Below are positions 22,243 through 31,470 of a stretch of DNA of 64,000 bases, piece after piece. This DNA is from Candidatus Gastranaerophilales bacterium (lineage in GTDB: Bacteria; Cyanobacteriota; Vampirovibrionia; Gastranaerophilales; JAILCC01): contig JAZLLQ010000011.1 of NCBI GenBank assembly GCA_045598245.1, forward strand, positions 38,687-102,686, read 5' to 3'. Both the position numbers and the translations under genes were made by a program. Position 1 is the stretch's first letter, and each line of letters starts with the position of its first letter. The notes beneath the pieces are model-generated. The model worked only from the letters and a program-made list of their open reading frames with translations, was not told the DNA's origin and did no database searches.

Positions 22243-23607
22243 TCAACCTATCGATTTTGTTATTGCATCCGTCAGTTTCGCAACTTCAACAATTTCAATA
22301 TCTTTAGAAAAATTACATTGCATTGAAGTTTTAGGAATTATAGCCTTTTTGAAACCTAATTTTGCAGCTTCATTTACTCTTTGCTCTATTTGATTAACAG
22401 GTCTTATTTCACCGGACAAACCTATTTCACCTATAATAACCGTAGAAGGTTCAATAGTTACATTTCTCAGACAAGTGGCAATTGCAAGTGCAATACCCAA
22501 ATCAGCAGCAGGCTCATTGATTTCCATACCCCCAACTACGCTCACATAAACATCCTGCTTACTCAAATTCAAACCTACTCTGCGCTCTAAAACAGCAATT
22601 ATTTGTAAAACTCTGTTATATTCCATACCGGTCGCAACTCGTCTTGGTGCAGGATAGGAAGTAAAGCCGGTTAATGCTTGTATTTCAACCAACAATGGTC
22701 TTGTGCCTTCATTAGTTACAATAACAACACTTCCGGACGCCATAGCATCTTTTCTGCCTTCTAAAAACAGCTCGCTTGGATTTTTTACTTCTTCAAGACC
22801 TGTATCTTTCATGTTAAAAATGCCGACTTCATTTGTTGAACCGAATCTGTTTTTAACGGCTCTTAACATTCTGAAAAACTTATATTTTTCACCTTCGAAT
22901 TGTAAAACCGCATCAACCATGTGCTCCAGAACTTTCGGTCCCGCAATAGTTCCGTCTTTTGTTACGTGTCCAACAATAATTATTGTCGTTCCTGTTGTTT
23001 TAGCTGTTTCCATAAAAGTATTACAAGCCTCTCTGACTTGAGAAACACTGCCCGGAGAACTTGTTATGTTATGTGAATATATAGCCTGAATACTGTCGAT
23101 TACAACCACCTTTGGCTTAACTTCATAAATTGCATTTTTAATTTCTTCGACATTAGTTTGAGATAAAACTTTTAAATCTCCGCTTATATTCAATCTTTTG
23201 GCACGGCTTTTTAATTGGCGTACCGATTCTTCCGCTGAAATATAAAGTACATCAACATTATTGGAAGAAAGATAAGCACAAGCCTGTAAAATTAGTGTTG
23301 ATTTCCCAATACCCGGATCACCTGCTATAAGCACAAGTGAACCCTCAACGAGTCCTCCGCCCAATACTCGGTCAAATTCTTCCATTCCTGTTGAAAATCT
23401 GAAATTTTCATCAATAGAAATATCATTTATGCTTTGAATATCATTTTCGAAGAAAGTTTTATTTTCGTGTTGCGGTTGAATTTTTGTAACTACTTCCGAT
23501 TCTTCAATAAATTTTCCCCACGCAGAACATTCAGGACACTTGCCTAAATAAGCAGGAGCTTCATATCCGCAATTTTGACATACCCATTTTGATTTAACTT
23601 TAGCCAT
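22243..23607 (-). CDS. radA: DNA repair protein RadA/Sms
   Basis: CxxC..CPxC, GDPGIGKSTL, KNRFG, Lon-like C-terminus. Confidence 0.97.
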   Translation of the reverse strand: MAKVKSKWVCQNCGYEAPAYLGKCPECSAWGKFIEESEVVTKIQPQHENKTFFENDIQSINDISIDENFRFSTGMEEFDRVLGGGLVEGSLVLIAGDPGIGKSTLILQACAYLSSNNVDVLYISAEESVRQLKSRAKRLNISGDLKVLSQTNVEEIKNAIYEVKPKVVVIDSIQAIYSHNITSSPGSVSQVREACNTFMETAKTTGTTIIIVGHVTKDGTIAGPKVLEHMVDAVLQFEGEKYKFFRMLRAVKNRFGSTNEVGIFNMKDTGLEEVKNPSELFLEGRKDAMASGSVVIVTNEGTRPLLVEIQALTGFTSYPAPRRVATGMEYNRVLQIIAVLERRVGLNLSKQDVYVSVVGGMEINEPAADLGIALAIATCLRNVTIEPSTVIIGEIGLSGEIRPVNQIEQRVNEAAKLGFKKAIIPKTSMQCNFSKDIEIVEVAKLTDAITKSIG

Positions 23608-24222
23608 TTACTTAATACCCAATAATTTTGCTGTACAACCCCAAGAGAATTTATTTATAAAATCACAACTATCTTTCGGATTTATAATATCATTCTCTGC
23701 ACCTGCAGGAATAAGTCCTTTTTTGGTGATATAAACTTTTATAATATCTTGTCCTATGCGATTAGGTTTTTGTGAACCGTTTGTATCAATATACAATGCT
23801 CCACAAGTGTTTGCAAAAGGAATATTTGATTTGCAGGATGTTGAAGAAAGCTCTGAAACAACATATTGACCGTTTTTCAATTTCATACCGGGTTTAGTTA
23901 ATGTATCCCACAGCCAAGTTTGCGACCAGCAACCACCTTTTTTTGCATCTTTACATGACATTGCCGGATTTATTTTTTCGGAGAATACTTTTATAATATC
24001 GTACTCACTGAGAAATTTATTTTCATAAGTGCTTGAGTTCAGCATATCCGTGGAAGCCTGATTTATATTAGCATATGTGCGTACTGCCGATTTTTTCATA
24101 TCGGAACATTTTATATCTGCAATTATCTGTTTTGCAACAAAAGAATAAACAATGAATATCATAAAAGCTGCAAATATAAATTCAAGTGGTGATATGGCTC
24201 TACGGAAAGTAAATTTGCCCAT
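23608..24222 (-). CDS. Type IV pilin/pseudopilin-like protein
   Basis: Basic leader then RRA|ISPLE plus hydrophobic helix; C-terminal IDTNGSQKPNRIGQD and paired cysteines. Confidence 0.6.
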   Translation of the reverse strand: MGKFTFRRAISPLEFIFAAFMIFIVYSFVAKQIIADIKCSDMKKSAVRTYANINQASTDMLNSSTYENKFLSEYDIIKVFSEKINPAMSCKDAKKGGCWSQTWLWDTLTKPGMKLKNGQYVVSELSSTSCKSNIPFANTCGALYIDTNGSQKPNRIGQDIIKVYITKKGLIPAGAENDIINPKDSCDFINKFSWGCTAKLLGIK

Positions 24223-24289
24223 TCTGTTCCTCTGCTTTCTCCTGCAGATATTATAACTCAAATCACTAAAATTTACAGTTTTTAATTAT

Positions 24290-25948
24290 TTAGTTATCAC
24301 TTTCAATCCAATTTTTCAATTGGATTGCTACTTCTTCATCATCTTCGTCAACCGTTTCTTTCATTTCTGCAACAACCTGATTATTGACAGGAGGCATTTC
24401 CGGTATTTGTTGCGGTTGAGGCTGTGGAGCTTGTCTTATTGTATTTAAAGATTGTTGTAATTGATCCTGTTGTGCCAATAAAATTTGTGCCCTTTGGTTA
24501 ACTTCTTCCAAACGATTTTCTTGTTGTGATGCAAGCGATTGTAAATTATCAATTTTTTCCTGCTGTGATGCTTCTGCACTAGAAAGACGTTTTGTCAGGA
24601 AGAACCACGCAAGTAAAATTAATATAAGGAATACAACAAGCATTGTCCACCAAGGATTACCGCTACTTTCAGGTTTTGGCACCTGTATATCCTTATCTCC
24701 TGCGAGTGATGGTCTTGTTGAATCCGCAAATATTATTGAAACATTTTCAGGAATTACTTTAGGACTTGCAGCCGTAGCGATTAAACTTTTTAATTCTTGT
24801 ATTGAAATCATTTCAGGAATTGAATTATTCTCAATTGTAACCGCAATGGAAATATCTTCTATCATACCGGGTTTCAAATATTCAGATACTTGGGTTTTTG
24901 TTGAACCGTATTGTTTTTCCTGAGCTGTTCTTGAATAATTTCTGTTTTGACTTGTATTTGCCGATTGCGGTAAGCCGCTGGGCAAATATAAACTTACTGC
25001 ATTTGTAACTTGCCCGTTTTCATCATTTTTATCACCCAATGTTTCGTTAAATTCCTGTTCGCTTAGCACTACATTTCTGTTAGGGTCATAAATGACGCTG
25101 TTTCTTTCCATTGGTACTTGTCTTAAATACGTACTTACCGTAACAACATAATTACCTTTACCCAATAATTTATCTAATTGTGCCTGAACTTTTGATTTCA
25201 TATATTCATCGTTTTCTTCAATTTTCTCCAAATCTCCGTCATTAGCAGCAGCCATGCTTGAATACACATTACCATTTGTATCTGTAATTGAAATGTTGCT
25301 TAATTCTAAACCGGAAACACTTCCCAATAAAAGGTTTGTAATTGCACGAACTTTATCCTTTGAAAGTTTTTCACCAACAGGCATAACCAATTGTACTGAT
25401 GCTGTTGTGGGTTTTTGCATAGAAGAAAAAATAGTAGGTTCTGCAATGGATATAAATACCGAAGCGTTTTCAATAGGGTCAATTTTTCTTATTAATCTTG
25501 AAAGTTCACCATTAATTGCTCTTGCTAATCTTATCCTTTTATCATCCTTTGTTGAAGTGAAATCACCTTTATCAAAAACTTCTAAACCTATATTAGCATC
25601 GGCAAGACCGCTTTGTACTATTAATAACAATGCTTGATCACGTTGTTTTAGTGTTGATTTTTCTTTCAATATTAATGTTACTTTTGACCCTGAGGATAAT
25701 CTTTGTGTCTGAATTTTATTTTTTGCCAAAAGAGCTTCTATTTCAAGAATTTTCCCGATATTATCAGATGTTACAAGTTCAACTGTACCTTCTATTTTTT
25801 TATTTTCATCAGGATCAGGTATTTTTCCGTCAGAAGCAACTTGGGGTCTTGAAAATGCAATAATAACAAATATTATTATTACCAGCACTACACCTCCGAT
25901 AATGCCAAACAGTAACGCTTTATTCTCTAATAATTTCTGAAAATCCAT
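24290..25948 (-). CDS. fliF: Flagellar MS-ring protein FliF
   Basis: Two TM segments, GLEVFD, RAINGELSRLI, ASVFISI, PTTASVQL, NISITDTNG; follows fliE. Confidence 0.88.
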   Translation of the reverse strand: MDFQKLLENKALLFGIIGGVVLVIIIFVIIAFSRPQVASDGKIPDPDENKKIEGTVELVTSDNIGKILEIEALLAKNKIQTQRLSSGSKVTLILKEKSTLKQRDQALLLIVQSGLADANIGLEVFDKGDFTSTKDDKRIRLARAINGELSRLIRKIDPIENASVFISIAEPTIFSSMQKPTTASVQLVMPVGEKLSKDKVRAITNLLLGSVSGLELSNISITDTNGNVYSSMAAANDGDLEKIEENDEYMKSKVQAQLDKLLGKGNYVVTVSTYLRQVPMERNSVIYDPNRNVVLSEQEFNETLGDKNDENGQVTNAVSLYLPSGLPQSANTSQNRNYSRTAQEKQYGSTKTQVSEYLKPGMIEDISIAVTIENNSIPEMISIQELKSLIATAASPKVIPENVSIIFADSTRPSLAGDKDIQVPKPESSGNPWWTMLVVFLILILLAWFFLTKRLSSAEASQQEKIDNLQSLASQQENRLEEVNQRAQILLAQQDQLQQSLNTIRQAPQPQPQQIPEMPPVNNQVVAEMKETVDEDDEEVAIQLKNWIESDN

Positions 25949-25999
25949 TTTCTTATATTATCCTTTTAGTTCAAAGTAACCAAACTATAATTATATATT

Positions 26000-26329
26000 T
26001 TACACCTGAATTTGTGTAATCTTCTCATACGCTTGTACGACTTTTGATGTAATTTGCGTTGCAATTGTTACGCTCATTTCAGCTTTATTTATAGCAGTAA
26101 TTACATCATGTATATCTGCACCGTTTCCGGTTAACATATCTTGCAGTGCAGTATTTGGTGCATTTGCTACATCATTAAGGTTTTTCGTCATATCTATCAT
26201 TGTTTGCGAAAAACTTGTAATTTTGTCCTCAGGATTAATACTGTCCATCCTCATTGAAGGTAAATTTGAATTTAATTTTGAATCAGTAATCGAATTTACT
26301 AAATTTAGTCTTGGAAAATGCTTATCCAT
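26000..26329 (-). CDS. fliE: Flagellar hook-basal body protein FliE
   Basis: DIHDVITAINKAEMS..KVVQAYEKITQIQV. Confidence 0.9.
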   Translation of the reverse strand: MDKHFPRLNLVNSITDSKLNSNLPSMRMDSINPEDKITSFSQTMIDMTKNLNDVANAPNTALQDMLTGNGADIHDVITAINKAEMSVTIATQITSKVVQAYEKITQIQV

Positions 26330-26342
26330 TTATAATTCTCCT

Positions 26343-26924
26343 TTACAGGTAATTTTTCAAAATATTTTTGACATAATTTTGTGTTTCTTTATACGGTGGA
26401 ATTCCGTTATGTTTTGTGATGGCATTAGGTCCTGCATTATATGCTGCAAGTGCCAATATAGTGTTGCCGTTATATCTGTCCAAAAGTCCCTTTAGGTACT
26501 TTACACCGCCTTCTATATTTTCCGCCGGATTAAAAGCATTGTTTACGCCCAAAGATTTTGCCGTTGCAGGCATGAGTTGCATCAAACCTTGAGCACCGGT
26601 CTTAGAAATAGCATTTTGATTAAAACCGGATTCTTGCTGAATTACCGCCATAACAAGTCGTGGGTCAATATGATGCTTTTCACAGGCAGATGTAACCATT
26701 TGCTGAATTTGTACTTTACTTGCATTTATCGGTTCATCAAGCTGGTACTTAAAATCAGTCGGAGGTATAACTTTCAGTACATCAGAAAAACTCTGTTTAG
26801 GTTTCTCTATTGATTGAACATCTTTTGTTTTTTGTTCAATCATTACTTCAAGCTCTGCAGCACGCTTCACTGCAGAAGTCTGCGAACTCGAATTTATTAA
26901 CTTTTGGATACTTGCACTGAACAT
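26343..26924 (-). CDS. Lytic transglycosylase (SLT domain) within flagellar cluster
   Basis: QESGFN, GAQGLMQLMP, ALAAYNAGP, IPPYKETQNYV; start MFSASI after an AGGAAGG SD. Confidence 0.9.
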   Translation of the reverse strand: MFSASIQKLINSSSQTSAVKRAAELEVMIEQKTKDVQSIEKPKQSFSDVLKVIPPTDFKYQLDEPINASKVQIQQMVTSACEKHHIDPRLVMAVIQQESGFNQNAISKTGAQGLMQLMPATAKSLGVNNAFNPAENIEGGVKYLKGLLDRYNGNTILALAAYNAGPNAITKHNGIPPYKETQNYVKNILKNYL

Positions 26925-27105
26925 TATACCTTCCTGTATTGATAATTTTTTATACTCCACCGACAATATTGTACAATTTTATATTTGTTATGCGACCATA
27001 TATTTGGTGTATTTTTTCATAATATTTGTCATGTGAACTTTTGAGTTACAATCTCTTTTTATAAATTCATATTCTTGAAAATATTTATTTTGGACTTGTA
27101 CTTTC

Positions 27106-27212
27106 ATGTCATTGCGAACGAAGTGAAGCAATCCACGTAACATTAATGCTTGACGACATCATTAAGTGGATTACTACGTCACCCAAAATGCCGTTGTTCC
27201 TCGTAATGACAT
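27106..27212. repeat. Palindromic MITE/REP-like element (GTCATTGCGA...TCGTAATGAC type)
   Basis: Terminal IR ATGTCATTGCGA/TCGTAATGACAT, inner IR GCAATCCAC/GTGGATTAC and TTAATG/CATTAA; more GC-rich than flanks. Confidence 0.7.
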
Positions 27213-27349
27213 AATTTTACATGTATTACCAAAAGGATAATATCTGCACTCATAGAGTACCTTAATCTTTACATAAAAGTTGTTGGTTTTTATTTCACAT
27301 AACAAATATTATGAATTTTTCAATGTACAATAATAATATTAGGTCAGTA

Positions 27350-27796
27350 TTAACCTTTACCCATATCTACCGCTCTGTTTGCCATGGTTTTGGTAATATT
27401 AACAATTGCCATACTCGCTTCAAAAGCACGTGCTGTCATTTGTGCATCTGCCATATCAACAAGCGGGTCTACGTTTGATGCTCTGATATATCCGTTTTGA
27501 TCGGCATCAGGATGTCCCGGTTTGTAAATTAACTGCCCAGGAGTTGTATCTTCAACTACACCGTTAAAAACGACCCCTCCACCTGTAAACGGCACTGCGC
27601 CGCTTTGAAAAACGCTGTCTTTCATGTAGCTCATTAATCCTGAAAAAGAAATATCATCCTGAGAAATTAAAACAGGTATTTTTCTGACGTAATTAGGTGT
27701 ATCAAGGTTTGCAATGTTTTTTGCGTGAATGTCCATTCTTTTTGAATGAGCGTCCATACCTTGTGCGCCTATGTTGTATGAATTAATTAATCCCAT
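27350..27796 (-). CDS. flgC: Flagellar rod protein FlgC
   Basis: NIANLDT, YKPGHPDADQNGYI..NVD..MAD...ARAFEA. Confidence 0.92.
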   Translation of the reverse strand: MGLINSYNIGAQGMDAHSKRMDIHAKNIANLDTPNYVRKIPVLISQDDISFSGLMSYMKDSVFQSGAVPFTGGGVVFNGVVEDTTPGQLIYKPGHPDADQNGYIRASNVDPLVDMADAQMTARAFEASMAIVNITKTMANRAVDMGKG

Positions 27797-27806
27797 AATT
27801 TATCAC

Positions 27807-28154
27807 CTATTTACCTACATTTACCACTGTTTTCATTTGTGTAATTACGCTTGACATTTGTCTTGTCGCAACAGCATAATACATTGCGTTTTTTTGCATT
27901 TCCACAAGCTCTTTCTTTAAATCAACCTGATCGCTCTCTTGTATAAAAAACGGATTTGGTCCTATTTTCTCTGATAATTTCGTTTCGAGAGGGCTGTTTG
28001 CAGTTGCCAAAATTTGATTAAAACTGACATCACGTCTTACATATCCCGGAGTGTTGGCATTTGTAACATTTGTTGCCATCATTTCTTGTTTTTTTGAAAT
28101 CGCATCAAGTAATACGTGTGTTCTGTCAATTGAATTCATTTTGTCTAAGTTCAT
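27807..28154 (-). CDS. flgB: Flagellar rod protein FlgB
   Basis: NVTNANTPGYVRRDVSF, VDLKKELVEMQKNAMYY. Confidence 0.9.
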   Translation of the reverse strand: MNLDKMNSIDRTHVLLDAISKKQEMMATNVTNANTPGYVRRDVSFNQILATANSPLETKLSEKIGPNPFFIQESDQVDLKKELVEMQKNAMYYAVATRQMSSVITQMKTVVNVGK

Positions 28155-28169
28155 TTACCTGCCCTCCTT

Positions 28170-28883
28170 CTATTGTTCTAAGTTTATCGCTTGTTGATAA
28201 ATTTCATTGGTCAGTTTAATAATACTGGTACTTGCCGTCAAACTTGCATTTAATCTCAATGTTTCATTGACGGTATCATACCAATTCATATTTGAGCGTT
28301 CTAAACTGTATTGAGTAAAATGCGTGTGATTATTAACTAATATAGGTTTTCCGGATTCTTCAGTTTCAAAAACTTTATTAAAGTCACCTTGTTCAAGACC
28401 TTCATAGTTATTGAATTTTACAAGAGGAAGTTTTCCTATTTCTATTCCTTCAAGGTGCTTGTCATCAAAGCTGATAACTTTCCCTTCCGGTGTAATTTGT
28501 ATTTTTTTTGAATCAATCGGAACTTTTATTCCGCCGCCGATAACTGAACCGTCACCCATTACCAAAAGACCCTCATTTGTTGTTTTCATAGACAAATTTC
28601 TTGTGTATGCAACCTTTCCTTCTTTTGTTGTAACAGGCACAAATCCTGGACCGTCAATTGCGACATCAAGTTCCTGATTTGTTCTGTAAATACTGCCTTG
28701 AGAATAGTCATATCTTTCCATACCGGCGATTCTGCCGTCAGCCAAAACATAAGTATCAAAACGAGGTGTTTTGTATGCATCTGTAGTATAGTTTGCAGCA
28801 CTGCCTGAAACTACACCGAGTTTTTCCATTTGAACCTTTGCGTTATTTACCGATTTTGCGATTATTCCTTGTAAATTATTCAT
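28170..28883 (-). CDS. flgG: Flagellar distal rod protein FlgG/FlgF family (divergent)
   Basis: SQGSIYRTNQELDVAIDGPGF, AYTR, LERSN. Confidence 0.72.
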   Translation of the reverse strand: MNNLQGIIAKSVNNAKVQMEKLGVVSGSAANYTTDAYKTPRFDTYVLADGRIAGMERYDYSQGSIYRTNQELDVAIDGPGFVPVTTKEGKVAYTRNLSMKTTNEGLLVMGDGSVIGGGIKVPIDSKKIQITPEGKVISFDDKHLEGIEIGKLPLVKFNNYEGLEQGDFNKVFETEESGKPILVNNHTHFTQYSLERSNMNWYDTVNETLRLNASLTASTSIIKLTNEIYQQAINLEQ

Positions 28884-28900
28884 AATGTCACCTCACTGCC

Positions 28901-29599
28901 TTACGATGATTGACTTAATGACTGAATAGTCTTATTTAGCATATTGTTTTGGGTTATAAACATTTGTCTGTTTGCCTGAAAATTCCTTTTCATCGGTACA
29001 AGGTCGAAAATCTCAGTTTCCGAACGTACGTTGGAATTTTCTATATATCCTTGTCTTACATCTGTTTCATCGGCTATTGAACCTTCTTTGTCAACGACAC
29101 TTAAACTTGCGACAAATTCCATTTTCCCGTTTTTGTTATTAAATACTTCAATATCCCCGGCCGTATTGATTTTTATATGCGTCATATCATCCGGAATGTT
29201 GTTAAATCTGATAGGCATACCATTTTTGCCGAGAACATGATAATTTTCATTTGTTAATAAGTAACCGTTCTTATCCATTTTGAAGCGACCGTCACGAGTT
29301 AATTTTACCCCGTTCGGAGTTGAATATTGAAAGTAACCTTTTTTTGCCAGTGCCAAGTCTAATGTATGACCTGTTGCATATATTCTTCCGACACTATCAT
29401 CGACAACCGTCGATAAACCATGCACCCCAACATATTCAGAGAAACTGGATACAACATTTTCTATACGCTGATATCCGGGTTTGTCAAAGCCTGTTATGTT
29501 TTGGGCAATATTATTGATTTGAGCGGTTTGCATATGCATACCACGAATAGAGGTACTTAAACCTCTTTCATCAAAATAAATTCCACCATATAACTTCAT
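28901..29599 (-). CDS. flgF: Flagellar rod protein FlgF/FlgG family
   Basis: NIAQN..PGYQ, TGHTLDLAL, LTRDGRF, VRQGYIENSNV, RNFQAN. Confidence 0.72.
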   Translation of the reverse strand: MKLYGGIYFDERGLSTSIRGMHMQTAQINNIAQNITGFDKPGYQRIENVVSSFSEYVGVHGLSTVVDDSVGRIYATGHTLDLALAKKGYFQYSTPNGVKLTRDGRFKMDKNGYLLTNENYHVLGKNGMPIRFNNIPDDMTHIKINTAGDIEVFNNKNGKMEFVASLSVVDKEGSIADETDVRQGYIENSNVRSETEIFDLVPMKRNFQANRQMFITQNNMLNKTIQSLSQSS

Positions 29600-29638
29600 A
29601 ACTTTTCTCCGTTTTGCAAAACTTACTTCTTACCCATG

Positions 29639-29665
29639 TTGTCGAATATTTTAATGAAAACTTTA
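29639..29665 (-). promoter_or_regulatory. Sigma28 (FliA)-type promoter candidate for the rod operon
   Basis: Minus strand TAAAGTTT..., i.e. TAAA-N15-TTCGACAA versus consensus TAAA-N15-GCCGATAA. Confidence 0.5.
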
Positions 29666-29851
29666 ACAAAGTCCACTAAAAATCATGTATTTAATGTATA
29701 AAAAATAAATTTGCGGTAGATTTTTATGCTTCAAATGTCATAAATAGTAATATACAGTTATTTTATTTTTATATTTTGGTATAATTTTATGCATGTAAAA
29801 TATTTTTGTATTATAATCAAATGTAAAATTAAGAATGAAAGGTAAAATTTT

Positions 29852-30172
29852 ATGATAAATTCAGTTGTAGTCGTTGGCAGAGTAGGGCAAGATCCTCAAG
29901 TTAAGTATTTTGATTCCGGCAAAGTAAAAACGGTTTTATCTGTTGCCGCAAACAGATGGTCAAAAGACGGTCAAAAAACCGACTGGTTTAGAGTAGAATT
30001 ATGGGACAAAAAAGCCGAAGTTGCAGGCGAATATGCTAAAAAAGGAGCATTAGTCGCAATTGACGGCAAATTAGCTATGAACAAATGGAAAGATGCTTCA
30101 GGCGAGGAAAGAGAATATTACTTTGTCAGAGCAAATGATATCCATCTTTTAGGAAGACGAGACGCAGAATAA
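29852..30172 (+). CDS. ssb: Single-stranded DNA-binding protein (short)
   Basis: INSVVVVGRVGQDP, TDWFRVELW.KKAE, KG..V.IDG.L. Confidence 0.9.
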   Translation: MINSVVVVGRVGQDPQVKYFDSGKVKTVLSVAANRWSKDGQKTDWFRVELWDKKAEVAGEYAKKGALVAIDGKLAMNKWKDASGEEREYYFVRANDIHLLGRRDAE

Positions 30173-31470
30173 TGTTAATCCAAACCGGTACAATAGGTAT
30201 TATTGCCGATGATTTGACAGGAGCAAATGATACGGCTTTACAGTTTAATTTTAGCGGTGCAAATACTCAAATTCTTTTTGATTATTCGCAAGCTCCCGAA
30301 GGCATGCTAAAAACACAAGTTTGGTCAATCAGTACGGAAACACGTAATGTTGAAAAAGATGTTGCTATACCTGTCGTACGTGGTGCGATAAAAATTCTTG
30401 AAGAAAAATTAAATGCTGAATATTATTATAAAAAAATTGATTCCACATTAAGAGGTAACATTGGTCCTGAAGCAATGACGGTTCTTAATGAACTCGGTTG
30501 GGATGCGGCAATTGTAGTTCCCGCATTTCCTGCAGAAGGAAGAACAACCGTTGGCGGATATCATTTGTTAAACGGAAATCCGATTGACAGAACAGAAATG
30601 GCTCGTGATCCAAAATCACCGGTAAAAGAAAGTCACATTCCGACATTGTTGGCTCAACAAATAGGTTCAGCGGATTTGGTAGGATGCATTACCCTTAAAA
30701 CCATAACAAAAGGAGCAGGTCCTATCTTAATTGAATTACACCAAATGATAGCAGCAGGCAAAAAACTTATTGTTCTTGATGCAGTTTCTACAACTGATAT
30801 TGAGCAAATAGCACTCGCTGTTGAAAAAAGCACATACAAAATTCTTCCGTGCGGTGCCGCGGCAATGGCTAAAGCATTTGCAGACGTTTGGTTGCCTGAT
30901 GCAGAGTATCAGCATATCGCAAAAACTATTCCTGATAATCCTGTATTGGTGGTTTCAGGAAGTGCTACTTCTTTGACGAGGACACAAATAGACCGTTTAA
31001 TCAGCTCTGATGATTTTGAACCTTACGTTGTAGAATTGTCGTTGGAAAAAGTTTATACACAAAATTCGGATGAAATTGTAGACAGACTTGCGGCTCAGTT
31101 AGTTAAAAACAAACTCGGCTTAATATACTTCCCTACAACAGAAAGTGCAATTGCCGAAAATCTTGAATTTGCACAAAACAACAACATAAAACCTGATGAT
31201 ATCCCATCAATAATAACAGATTATCTTGCAAAAGTAACAAAAGATGTTGTAGCGATGCAAGATGTTATTTTAGTACTTGTCGGAGGCGAAACCTCAAATA
31301 AAGTTTGTAGCGCTATAGGTAGTACTAATTTTCAGGTCATTGATGAAGCCGATAGTGCAATACCGCTTTGCTTAGACTTTAAAGCTCAATGGATTATCAC
31401 TAAATCAGGAAACTTAGGTAACCCTTCAACACTTGTAAACATCCTAAAATATATTGAAAGACATAAATAA
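30172..31470 (+). CDS. Four-carbon acid sugar kinase (DtnK/DUF1537 family)
   Basis: IIADDLTGAND, YKKIDSTLRGN, PAFPAEGRT, GGET, TKSG. Confidence 0.9.
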   Translation: MLIQTGTIGIIADDLTGANDTALQFNFSGANTQILFDYSQAPEGMLKTQVWSISTETRNVEKDVAIPVVRGAIKILEEKLNAEYYYKKIDSTLRGNIGPEAMTVLNELGWDAAIVVPAFPAEGRTTVGGYHLLNGNPIDRTEMARDPKSPVKESHIPTLLAQQIGSADLVGCITLKTITKGAGPILIELHQMIAAGKKLIVLDAVSTTDIEQIALAVEKSTYKILPCGAAAMAKAFADVWLPDAEYQHIAKTIPDNPVLVVSGSATSLTRTQIDRLISSDDFEPYVVELSLEKVYTQNSDEIVDRLAAQLVKNKLGLIYFPTTESAIAENLEFAQNNNIKPDDIPSIITDYLAKVTKDVVAMQDVILVLVGGETSNKVCSAIGSTNFQVIDEADSAIPLCLDFKAQWIITKSGNLGNPSTLVNILKYIERHK

